A DNA stretch of 64,000 nt from Acidimicrobiia bacterium (GTDB lineage Bacteria; Actinomycetota; Acidimicrobiia; Spongiisociales; UBA5794): assembly GCA_030066875.1 (NCBI GenBank), contig JASJAS010000005.1:6080-70079 (forward strand), read 5' to 3'. This document shows positions 36,098 to 44,461 of this stretch, piece after piece; the stretch's first letter is position 1; every line of letters starts with the position of its first letter. The position numbers and the translations under genes are program-made. Below the pieces are notes generated by a model, which did not search any database, was not told where the DNA came from, and saw only the letters and a program-made list of their open reading frames with translations.

Positions 36098-36113
36098 TGA
36101 TAATCGATGATAG
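36098..36113. promoter_or_regulatory. Operator-like site S7 (plus strand TGATAATCGATGATAG)
   Basis: 13 of 16 matches to the perfect palindrome. It is intergenic, 109 bp upstream of the minus-strand ATG at 35989, and overlaps the candidate -10. Confidence 0.5.
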
Positions 36114-36136
36114 ATGAGCCCGTCTGGGGACGTCAA
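36107..36136 (-). promoter_or_regulatory. Promoter candidate TTGACG-18-TATCAT (minus strand)
   Basis: Hexamers read on the reverse complement. The -10 lies within site S7. Confidence 0.35.
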
Positions 36137-36330
36137 CCCAGGAGGCCATCTGGGGTCAGGTCACCGGGCAATCTGGCTAGCGGGCTAGAAGCGCCAGTTG
36201 TTGGGACTGTGCCATCAGGCGGCCGGAGGAATCGCAGACCTCCATGTTCTCCTCGACGGACCCGCCGCCCATAAGACACGATGTCGACTGACAGACCAGC
36301 CACCCGGGCTGCGGTGCGTACCGGTCGGTG

Positions 36331-36945
36331 TTAGGAATCGGTGGGATCGAGGGCGCCGGCAAACTCACCCTGGCAAGCCTCATTGGCGGCCTGGAAATCG
36401 GGGTCATCGGTATCGAGCGCCCCAAAGGGCCCGGAGTCCTCCTCAGACGGTCCCAATGTGAGCCCACCACCCAAGTCAGGGTCGGGCATGTCGTAGCCGT
36501 TCTCTCTCATGCAGGTTGCGTAGCGCAGCAGCCGGTCTCCCATTTCGACGTTGTCGAAAGCCGGAAACTGCTGTGCCATACCAATGAAATAGGGCAAACA
36601 CGCATCCAGTGCGGCCCTGGACTCGTCGCGGTTCATGCGCTCGACGAACTCCTCCATCGGCATGTTGAGCCGGACACCGCCGTCGGCGCCAACCTGGGCG
36701 TCCTCAACCTCGAGACCTTGGTCCCGCAGGCATTGGGTGAAGGCGAGCATCGCCTCCTCCGTCTCCCTGAGGGTGTCGCCCTCATCTGGCTGATCGGCGG
36801 TCTCCTCAGCCGCTGGCTCGGTTGTCTCGAGGGTTGCAACACCGTCTTCGGTTTCGGATCCGCAGCCCGCACCTAGCAAACCAAGCACAACCAGGAGCAG
36901 CGCCGCCGACCTCATGCGGCTGGGTCGCATTGCCGTCTCGCTCAT
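36331..36945 (-). CDS. Secreted lipoprotein, function unknown
   Basis: Signal peptide plus lipobox LLGAGC. It has an internal duplicated Cys-containing module (FTQCLRDQG / YATCMRENG) and an ATGA overlap with the upstream FG-GAP gene. Confidence 0.65.
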   Translation of the reverse strand: MSETAMRPSRMRSAALLLVVLGLLGAGCGSETEDGVATLETTEPAAEETADQPDEGDTLRETEEAMLAFTQCLRDQGLEVEDAQVGADGGVRLNMPMEEFVERMNRDESRAALDACLPYFIGMAQQFPAFDNVEMGDRLLRYATCMRENGYDMPDPDLGGGLTLGPSEEDSGPFGALDTDDPDFQAANEACQGEFAGALDPTDS

Positions 36946-39137
36946 TCGTTATAGATCTCGAGTTCCAGGTCAACCTCGATCGGGCCATTGCCGAACGTGA
37001 CCTTCTCGCTGCCAATCAGGTAGTCGGTGCCCACCACGGGTTGGAACTGGCCTCCGCCTTCGACATAGACCCCGACAACCACGTGATAGTCGCCGGTGAC
37101 CCCGACGTCTTCTATGGCAAGAACCAAGTCCTGGTCGGCGGACAGGATCTGGTCGACGTCAAGGGCCCCGTCACCATCGGCGTCCTCGTTCTCGACCAGT
37201 GCCAGCAGCGCCGCGGGGATGCCGGTCACCGGGAGCTCGTTCGCCAGGGTGACGACCATCCGAGTCACGGTCTGGTCGAAGTCATCTGGCAGGGAGACGT
37301 TCACGATCAACCCAGACGGTGGAGTCGTCTGCTCGACGATGAAGGCCTGCCCCAGAGTCATGGAGACGCCGACCCAGTCGAGATCCCCGTCCTCATCGAG
37401 GTCGACCATGGCGAAGTCTCCGGGCATCCCGATATTGCGGAAGATGGAGCCGCCGCCTGCCCATGCGCCGCTGGTGTTGGGGTTGACGTGCCATTCACCC
37501 TCGTGGGCGGTGTGGTCGGCGCTGACGACGTCGATGTGCCCGTCCCCGTCCATGTCGGTAAGCCACATGTCGCTCGGTGAGGTCAGGCCGCTGATGATGA
37601 TCTCCGGCTCCCAGACGTGGGTCAGATCGGCCCCGGGATGTCGGTACCGGGTAACAGTCGAGGAGAAGATCTGGTTGGCGACCAGATCGAGGTGGCCGTC
37701 GCCGTCGAAGTCGTTGAACCACATGTCGGCGGACGCCCAGTTGTCGTCGTCAACGACCACCTTTTGCCAGGGCTCGTCCCAACCGTCCGGACCGGGGTTG
37801 ATCCCGAACCAGATCTCTCCCCGGTACCGCGGGGGCTGAGTATCGGGGATGTCGAACATCGCGTTGTAGGCGACCTCCGGATATCCGTCGTCGTTGAGGT
37901 CGGTGCACTTGTAGCCGAGTGTTCCCCGAATCGCGGGGTCGGTGTCGGCCGCCATCGTCTGCAGGTGAGGGAGCCAGGCGGGGTCTCGCTCCCCAGTATT
38001 CTCCATCCAGCTCCCGACGGCGGAGGTGCCGAAGGCGGAGCTGAGCGCCAGGTCCTCATCGCCGTCCGCATCCAGGTCGCAGACGACCACAATCATGGCG
38101 TTGTAGTTCTCTTCCCGCGGATCGGGGTTCGCTCTCACCACTTCGCGGACCCAATCCCCGTCTGCCATCCGATAAGAGAACACGTCTCCAAACCCCTCCT
38201 CGAGTGGAAGGAGATCCGGGATATTGGTGCCGACGAGGATCATCGGCTCTCCGCCGTGATCGATCACGTGGACCCCCCACGGGCTGTAGAGGGCCGGATC
38301 GTCTTCGGACCACTGATCAATGATCTCTGCCTCCCGAACGGTCAGGTCGGCGTTCATGTAGTACACGCCGAGCTTGAGCGTCGTCAGCGGCAACGACGGC
38401 TCGGAGAAGTGTGGCTCACCCACGGTTACGATGTCAGACACGCCGTCACCGTCGATGTCGGCTACATCGAGGTAGACCGCCCCGGGTACGAAGTCCTCCT
38501 CTCCGAGGAGGTGTGTCGCCCAGAACTTGTCGCCCGTGAGGCAATCCGGGTGATAGGGGTTTAGCTCGCAGGTGTCGCCGGCCGGAAGCGCGATCTCTAC
38601 GGTCCCGAAGTCCATGGCTGCGCCCGGCTCGAAGACCAGAGTGCCGTCTGAGAAGCCTCGAGCGTCGGTCGATTCAACAGTCATGATCGAGTCGACACCG
38701 CTGGCGATCGCCAAACCCATCCGGGCGCCCTCGACAGTCTCGGTGGAGATGGCGAACAGGTTCTCCGGGAACGGCATCCGAATCCGCAGCGGAAACGCCT
38801 CCGGAACGGCCGGGTATTCGCTGATCACCCAGCTCGGCGTCGGTAGGGAGCGGAAGCCGTGGGGCCATTCGTCTTCAGTCGCGGCATAGAGCATCAACCG
38901 CAACTCCTTGCCGATCGACTCGGTTGCCGTGATGGTCACGCAGAGCTCATCGGGCAGGCACTCCTCGTCGACGTCCGCGACGGGTTCCGCGACTGCGGCG
39001 CCACCCCCTGCTGTGGTCGATGGCGCCTCCTGAGCGGGCGACGGCTCCTGCGGCTCGCTGTCGGCGTTGCCGCTACAGGCCGCTGCCAGCAGCATCAGTG
39101 TGACAACGGCGGTCAATCCTCGACTTCGAGTAATCAT
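36942..39137 (-). CDS. FG-GAP/VCBS-repeat (integrin-alpha-like beta-propeller) lipoprotein
   Basis: Lipobox LLAAAC. Repeated D-x-D-x-DG loops (DIDGDGVSDIV, DLDADGDEDL, DLNDDGYPEV, DFDGDGHLDLV, DMDGDGHIDVV, DLDEDGDLDWV). An alternative start lies at 39173. Confidence 0.75.
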   Translation of the reverse strand: MITRSRGLTAVVTLMLLAAACSGNADSEPQEPSPAQEAPSTTAGGGAAVAEPVADVDEECLPDELCVTITATESIGKELRLMLYAATEDEWPHGFRSLPTPSWVISEYPAVPEAFPLRIRMPFPENLFAISTETVEGARMGLAIASGVDSIMTVESTDARGFSDGTLVFEPGAAMDFGTVEIALPAGDTCELNPYHPDCLTGDKFWATHLLGEEDFVPGAVYLDVADIDGDGVSDIVTVGEPHFSEPSLPLTTLKLGVYYMNADLTVREAEIIDQWSEDDPALYSPWGVHVIDHGGEPMILVGTNIPDLLPLEEGFGDVFSYRMADGDWVREVVRANPDPREENYNAMIVVVCDLDADGDEDLALSSAFGTSAVGSWMENTGERDPAWLPHLQTMAADTDPAIRGTLGYKCTDLNDDGYPEVAYNAMFDIPDTQPPRYRGEIWFGINPGPDGWDEPWQKVVVDDDNWASADMWFNDFDGDGHLDLVANQIFSSTVTRYRHPGADLTHVWEPEIIISGLTSPSDMWLTDMDGDGHIDVVSADHTAHEGEWHVNPNTSGAWAGGGSIFRNIGMPGDFAMVDLDEDGDLDWVGVSMTLGQAFIVEQTTPPSGLIVNVSLPDDFDQTVTRMVVTLANELPVTGIPAALLALVENEDADGDGALDVDQILSADQDLVLAIEDVGVTGDYHVVVGVYVEGGGQFQPVVGTDYLIGSEKVTFGNGPIEVDLELEIYNE

Positions 39138-39265
39138 GTCTTCGCCCCGTTTACCCGCTCGGTTCGTGCTCAATTCGTGCTAAATAGCGTTGCTATTGGT
39201 TACTTGAGATTAGGACTGCTAGGCCTCCAATGAGTATTCAACAACCCGAATCTGGCTAGTCAGCG

Positions 39266-40060
39266 CTACGCCGATTGGCAGGTGTTGCACCACCAGATGC
39301 CACGTCCCGCCATCTGGCCGGTCGAGATCGGGCTGCCGCAGACGCGACACGGGAATCGCTCTCGCTTGTACACGTAGAGGCGGTCCGTCTCCTCCGTCGT
39401 TCCCAGCGGGACCCGAGGCAGTGTGGCGATACGACCTTCCGAGACTCCCCGTTCCAGCAGCTCGACACTTGTGTCCCACAGTGCTGCGACTTTGTCGGCG
39501 GGTACTTCATTGGCAGGAATCTCCGGATGGATACTCGTCAGGAATAAGCTCTCGGCGCGATAGATGTTCCCGATGCCGGCGATGACGCTCTGGTCGAGGA
39601 TGGCAGCTCCGATCGGGATTCGTCGCCGTGCCAGGTTTGCGGCAAAGGCTTCGGGTGAGTTGCCGTCGGTGTCGACCTTGAGCGGATCCGGACCGAGCCG
39701 AGCCATGATGGCGTCTTCTTGCGAGGGCATGATCAGCTCGCACACCGTGGGTCCGGCGAGGTAGATCGTCACTTCGTCGGCGGCCAGAGCCAACCTCGTT
39801 GCGGGAGTTGGCGGTGGGGGGTCAGAGCGAAAGAGGCGGAACTTGCCGTACAAACCGAGGTGTATGTGGAGTGTCTCAGCTCGGCGCCAGCGATAGAACA
39901 GATGCTTGCCATGGGCTTCGACGTCCAGCAGCTCCCTCCCGTCGAGGCGCCGTGCGCCTGCCGCAAACCTACCCTGGGGCGAGCTGGCGGCAACCTGACG
40001 TCCGGCCAGCACCGCGCGATGCCGGTCCGCATAGCGACGGATGGTGTGGCCCTCGGGCAT
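39266..40060 (-). CDS. nei: Fpg/Nei-family DNA glycosylase (endonuclease VIII-like)
   Basis: N-terminal MPEGHT and C-terminal zinc finger CRVCGSP..WWCNTC. Confidence 0.8.
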   Translation of the reverse strand: MPEGHTIRRYADRHRAVLAGRQVAASSPQGRFAAGARRLDGRELLDVEAHGKHLFYRWRRAETLHIHLGLYGKFRLFRSDPPPPTPATRLALAADEVTIYLAGPTVCELIMPSQEDAIMARLGPDPLKVDTDGNSPEAFAANLARRRIPIGAAILDQSVIAGIGNIYRAESLFLTSIHPEIPANEVPADKVAALWDTSVELLERGVSEGRIATLPRVPLGTTEETDRLYVYKRERFPCRVCGSPISTGQMAGRGIWWCNTCQSA

Positions 40061-40263
40061 CAGGTTTCCGGTTGTCGGGGCAATTCAACTCCCCTGGGGT
40101 GGTGGGCCAACGCGGGCCTCCCGTCGTGATCATTCGGCTCCCGGCGGAACCGGCCGCGCGTAGCCCAGTTGTTAGCTTGCACGTGCGACGATAGCCGGGC
40201 GTGACCGCTTCACCCCGGTGGAGGCGAACCGTACTTCCGAGCGCATTGGCGAGTCGGCCGACT

Positions 40264-40455
40264 CTAGGAGGAGGCGTGATTGGGGGTCGAGAGCACCTCG
40301 ACATTGCCGTCCATGACGATCTCGAGGTCTCCCGGGCTATTCGCCTGGTCCAACCGGTAGACCTCGTTGAACCGCAGGTAGAGGAACATCAAGGTTGCCC
40401 AGGTGAGAAAGATGAACAGGACAGCCCCGATCGAGAAGAGCAGTATCTCGTTCAT
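40264..40455 (-). CDS. Small single-pass membrane protein
   Basis: The 63-aa product begins MNEILLFSIGAVLFIFLTWATLMFLY. It has an ATGA overlap with the upstream small ORF. Confidence 0.45.
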   Translation of the reverse strand: MNEILLFSIGAVLFIFLTWATLMFLYLRFNEVYRLDQANSPGDLEIVMDGNVEVLSTPNHASS

Positions 40456-40679
40456 TGCCGGTCCTCGCCCACGAGCACGAGGCTTCCCAATGAGTGAATG
40501 GCGGGAACCCACAGCCCAACGAAGAGCCCGACCTCGCGGTCGACCAGGAACCACAGTGTCACCGATAGCACAAACGAGAAGAACGCCGCACCGAGGAACA
40601 CCAACTTGGTGCGGTGGAACGACGAGAGCGATGACCATGTTCGACGGTCGACACGGTCTGACGATATTCCCATACTCAT
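40452..40679 (-). CDS. Small membrane protein (two TM helices)
   Basis: 75 aa, with LVFLGAAFFSFVLSVTLWFLV and GLFVGLWVPAIHSLGSLVLV. AGGAG RBS precedes the ATG at 40679. Confidence 0.45.
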   Translation of the reverse strand: MSMGISSDRVDRRTWSSLSSFHRTKLVFLGAAFFSFVLSVTLWFLVDREVGLFVGLWVPAIHSLGSLVLVGEDRQ

Positions 40680-40960
40680 GAAGACTCCTGGATAGACCAA
40701 CGTGGGTTGTTCGTTGCGAGGGGCTGCAACGGACGACGGGTGAGGAAGCACCTGGGGCTCATCCAACGCTCGTTTGGTACCGAACGTGTTATGACAGCAT
40801 TCATGAATCTCAGCCGCCGACCTTCTTTCCCTCCCTCCCCGGACGGCTGAGAGAGACCGGGCCCGACTCTCCAGGGGCCCGGTCTCGTTCATTTGGGGCT
40901 CGCTGCGCGAGTCCGGGTAATCTCAAGCGCCATGGCCAACTCTCCAGGCGCAGGGCTGCG

Positions 40961-41626
40961 ATGACAGCAGGCGATCCTCTGCAAGGTCGACTGGGCAAGC
41001 TCGCCAACTCCATTGCCGCGATGGTCGTGCAGACGCTCGATCTTCCCGGCCTCGTGTCGGAGATCGATGTGGCGGCGATCGTCGATCAGATCGACATCGT
41101 CGAGATAATGGATCAGTCGGATCTCGATGCAATCCTGCAACAGGCCGACATGGATGCTGTGCTCGACAACGTCGATGTGGACCGGCTGATTTCCCGGGTC
41201 GACGTGAACGCCCTTCTTGCCGAGGTCGATGTGAACACGTTGCTCGACAAGGTCGATGTGAACGCCTTGCTCGATCGAGTCGAAGTCGATCAGCTGCTGC
41301 TGCGGGTCGACATCAATGCTCTCCTCGATCGGGTCGACGTCGAGCGGGTGATCAATCGGGTCGATGTGGATCAGCTGATCGCCCAAGTGGACCTCAATGC
41401 CGTTCTCGAGCGGGTGCCCGTCGATGAGCTGGCGCAACGCGCCGGCATTCCGGAAATCGTTCAAGACAGCACAAGCCACATGGCGGCGTCGTTCATCGAC
41501 ATGCTGCGTCGCATCACCGTCGGTCTCGACCACGTCATTTACGGAGTCGTCCAGCGTGTACTCGGCCGCAAGCTGCACGAATTGCCGCAACGTCCCCACC
41601 TTCTCAGCAGAGGCGAGGGAGCGTGA
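40961..41626 (+). CDS. Nonapeptide-repeat protein, (V/I)D(V/I)NALLDR x 14, function unknown
   Basis: Its frame is coupled by a GTGA overlap to the downstream RDD gene. The 236-aa antisense ORF is a mirror artefact of the repeat. Confidence 0.6.
   Translation: MTAGDPLQGRLGKLANSIAAMVVQTLDLPGLVSEIDVAAIVDQIDIVEIMDQSDLDAILQQADMDAVLDNVDVDRLISRVDVNALLAEVDVNTLLDKVDVNALLDRVEVDQLLLRVDINALLDRVDVERVINRVDVDQLIAQVDLNAVLERVPVDELAQRAGIPEIVQDSTSHMAASFIDMLRRITVGLDHVIYGVVQRVLGRKLHELPQRPHLLSRGEGA
41063..41440 (+). repeat. 14 tandem 27-bp (9-codon) units
   Basis: Read directly: IDVAAIVDQ IDIVEIMDQ SDLDAILQQ ADMDAVLDN VDVDRLISR VDVNALLAE VDVNTLLDK VDVNALLDR VEVDQLLLR VDINALLDR VDVERVINR VDVDQLIAQ VDLNAVLER VPVDELAQR. 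Confidence 0.9.
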
Positions 41627-42159
41627 GATCGGTGAGACAGGACGTATCGGGCAACTATGCCGGGCCGGTGACCAGGTTGCTGGCGCACTGGGTCGACATC
41701 GCCCTCGCCGGATTCATGTTCGTGGCCGGCCTGGTCGCGTTCGACTACGTGCTGCGTACCATCGCCGGCGTCGAGACAAATGTCACGGAGCCGAGCTGGG
41801 TGCGCGGCTCGGCGGGGGCGCTGTGGTTTTTGCTGTACTGGTGGGTCTGCATCGGCGTTGCCGGGAAGACCCCGGGCAAGGCGCTTCTTGGTCTGAGGGT
41901 GCTGAGCAAAGATGGGGAGAATCTCTCCGGATGGAGGGCCGGGTTGCGCGCACTCTCGCTGCCATTGAGCTACCTGGTGTTTGGCATCGGCTTTCTCGGC
42001 ATCCTCGCCGGCAGGGAACGTCGGGCCCTTCACGATGTGATCGCCGGCTCGGCGGTTGTCTACGACTGGGGACCGCGTACCGCCGAGCTACCAACGCCTA
42101 TCTCCGCTTTCGTCGCTAGGCGCTCTGGTGCCGACACTGCCGAGCAAGAGACTCAGTAG
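41623..42159 (+). CDS. RDD-family membrane protein
   Basis: Three hydrophobic segments and the C-terminal RRALHDVIAGSAVV motif typical of RDD proteins. Confidence 0.7.
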   Translation: MRSVRQDVSGNYAGPVTRLLAHWVDIALAGFMFVAGLVAFDYVLRTIAGVETNVTEPSWVRGSAGALWFLLYWWVCIGVAGKTPGKALLGLRVLSKDGENLSGWRAGLRALSLPLSYLVFGIGFLGILAGRERRALHDVIAGSAVVYDWGPRTAELPTPISAFVARRSGADTAEQETQ

Positions 42160-43133
42160 CCCCAATCCGCCAGGAATCTCTGCAGTCGCGGGAAGACAAC
42201 CTCGTAGTAGTCCGACGGATCGTCTTGCAGGTTCGCCACGTAATTGACGAACATCAGTGAGCGGGCCGCCATGAAGTGTTCCAGTTCGCCCGCGTAGCCA
42301 ACCGGCCACGGCGCCACCGTCCGGTATCCCTCCTCGAAGGCGGTGCGCAAATCGGTGTAGGCCGGATCGTTCCGCTCGTAGAACAGCGTCGTGGCTACGT
42401 CTTGCACCGGATGGCCCCAGGTGACGTCCTCGAAGTCGAAAGCGATGACCCGGGAGCGGTAGGCGTGGACATTCCATGGGTGGAGATCGCCGTGGATCGT
42501 TTGTGCCCGGGCCGGCTGGAGACGCTCGAAGGCAGCCTCCGCGGCAGCAATGGCACGGTCGAGGATGTCGCGCCGCTGACCAGCGAAATGGTGGGCCATC
42601 TCCGGACTGAAGATCACGACCGGGTCGACTTCTTCGGGCCAGTAGAAGACACGGTCCCAGGCGAGCGGGGGACGCGGGGGAGTGAAGGTTGCGCCGTGGA
42701 GATGAAGACCGGCCGACAATCTCCCGAGAGCGTGGTAATTGCCCTCAGTCAGATTCTCGGCGAGCGGTCGTCCTGGGATCCAGTGGAAGAGTACGCAGCG
42801 GCGTGCTCCGGGAACCCCGTCGGCTGATGCGTACACGAACAAGCTGGAGTCCGACGCTCTTTCGAAGCGAGCCACGTCGAGGTCGGTACCGGCAGCGATG
42901 GCCTCCAACCACGCCAACTCGTTCTCAACGTCCGCGTCGGAGTGGTCCTGGTGGAGGTCAACCCGCAGTGCGTAGACGTCTGTGGCCGTATCTACGCGAA
43001 AGATGACGTTGGTGAATCCGCCGACCAGCCTGATACGAATGGGTTCGATCGGGTACCTACGCAAGGCCGCCATCGCCAGCGGCCGTAACCGTCGAATCCG
43101 GCCGGATTCGGTGAGTCGATCCCATGGCTTCAT
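42153..43133 (-). CDS. Phosphotransferase-family (APH/choline-kinase-like) kinase
   Basis: HGDLHPWNV catalytic loop and the FDFED metal-binding motif. Confidence 0.75.
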   Translation of the reverse strand: MKPWDRLTESGRIRRLRPLAMAALRRYPIEPIRIRLVGGFTNVIFRVDTATDVYALRVDLHQDHSDADVENELAWLEAIAAGTDLDVARFERASDSSLFVYASADGVPGARRCVLFHWIPGRPLAENLTEGNYHALGRLSAGLHLHGATFTPPRPPLAWDRVFYWPEEVDPVVIFSPEMAHHFAGQRRDILDRAIAAAEAAFERLQPARAQTIHGDLHPWNVHAYRSRVIAFDFEDVTWGHPVQDVATTLFYERNDPAYTDLRTAFEEGYRTVAPWPVGYAGELEHFMAARSLMFVNYVANLQDDPSDYYEVVFPRLQRFLADWGY

Positions 43134-43248
43134 CTGCCCGCAGGCTAACCCCGGTTGTGCGCGGCTCGGTTGCGGCTTCCTGGCAGGACAGCCGATTGGG
43201 CCGGGTAGGAATCACCCCGCGGTGTCGTCGATCGGCGATACTGCTGTC

Positions 43249-43638
43249 ATGGAACGCAACGTCCTGGGCGGTGAGCTCGAGCTGTGCAGTGCCGATCCGT
43301 TGACCGGCTGGTTCCGCGACGGATCATGCAGAACCGCCTCGGCCGATCGGGGCAGTCACACCATCTGTGCCGTGGTCACTCGCGATTTCCTAGATCACCA
43401 GCGCAGCATCGGCAACGACCTCTCTACTCCGATGCCGCAGTACCGGTTCCCCGGCCTCGTTCCAGGCGATCGGTGGTGCGTCACGGCACCCAACTGGTTG
43501 CTCGCCCACGAGGCCGGCATGGCGGCGCCGGTTGTGTTGGCGGCGACCCATGAGCGAGTCGTCGACGTCGTCCCTTTCGAGATTCTCGAAGGCTACGCCG
43601 TCGATGTACCTCCAGATCTCAGCGAACTCGGGGAGTGA
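43249..43638 (+). CDS. DUF2237-family protein
   Basis: LGGELELCSADPLTGWFRDGSC..GDRWCV pattern. The ATG at 43249 is used; the ORF-track start at 42982 overlaps the kinase gene. Confidence 0.6.
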   Translation: MERNVLGGELELCSADPLTGWFRDGSCRTASADRGSHTICAVVTRDFLDHQRSIGNDLSTPMPQYRFPGLVPGDRWCVTAPNWLLAHEAGMAAPVVLAATHERVVDVVPFEILEGYAVDVPPDLSELGE

Positions 43639-43644
43639 GCGGGC

Positions 43645-44454
43645 TTATCGGGTGGGCAATGATTCCAGGAACTCGACCACGGCTGCGATGAGTGCCGAGC
43701 CGGCGAGAAGCTCGAAATCGTTGTGGTCGGCGCCCTCGATCTCGACGAGCCGCTTGGGCTGAGCTGCTAGGTCGTAGATGGTGCGGCTCTGACCCGGGGG
43801 CACGATCGAGTCGGCGGTGCCGAGCACGACCAATACCGGTGCAACGACATCACCGATGCGCTCATCCGACGGGAAGGTGTCCCACAGGAGGAGCCCCACG
43901 GGAAGGAAGGGGTAGTGGACGGACGCCGCGTCGACCAGGGAAGCGAACGGAGAGCGCAGGATCAGCCCCGCTACCGGTTCGCCGGTTGCCAGCTCGATGG
44001 CAACCGCGGCCCCTAGCGACTCACCGAACAGCACGACTTCGTGGCCAGGGGCCCGGTTTCGGACAAACGATGTAGCCGCCCGGGCGTCCTTGGCAAGTCC
44101 GGTCTCAGTCGGGTTGCCCGGGTTGCCCCCGTACCCGCGATAGTCGACCAGCAAGACGCCGAACCCTTCTGAGACCAGGCGAGCCCCGAGAGGTGCACGA
44201 CCGCTGCGGTTCCCGGCGTTGCCGGGGAAGACCACCACCACAGGTCGACCTGGCTGCGGCGCGGAGAACCATGCCTGGAGCTCGAGCCCGTCGCTGGTCA
44301 GGATCGTTTCCTCTGCCCAGCCGGGGAGCACCTCGTCTATTGGGGGAGCTTTGCCGCTGGGGAGGTAGATCAATTGCCGCTGGAAGAGCCAGAGACCGCC
44401 CACGAGGAGGACGACGACACCGACGAGCCAAAACACCAATCGAAGCCTTCCCAC
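43645..44454 (-). CDS. Alpha/beta-hydrolase with an N-terminal membrane anchor
   Basis: Nucleophile elbow GESLGAA and the N-terminal helix LVFWLVGVVVLLVGGLWLF. Confidence 0.75.
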   Translation of the reverse strand: MGRLRLVFWLVGVVVLLVGGLWLFQRQLIYLPSGKAPPIDEVLPGWAEETILTSDGLELQAWFSAPQPGRPVVVVFPGNAGNRSGRAPLGARLVSEGFGVLLVDYRGYGGNPGNPTETGLAKDARAATSFVRNRAPGHEVVLFGESLGAAVAIELATGEPVAGLILRSPFASLVDAASVHYPFLPVGLLLWDTFPSDERIGDVVAPVLVVLGTADSIVPPGQSRTIYDLAAQPKRLVEIEGADHNDFELLAGSALIAAVVEFLESLPTR

Positions 44455-44461
44455 TTACGTC

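Noticed and set aside
40889-41599. 236-aa minus-strand ORF that is also periodic (IDxxQ..HVD repeats).
   Set aside because: It is the mirror image of the 27-bp repeat array. The plus frame is preferred because of its GTGA coupling to the RDD gene and its cleaner amphipathic repeat. Comparative data are still needed to confirm the choice.
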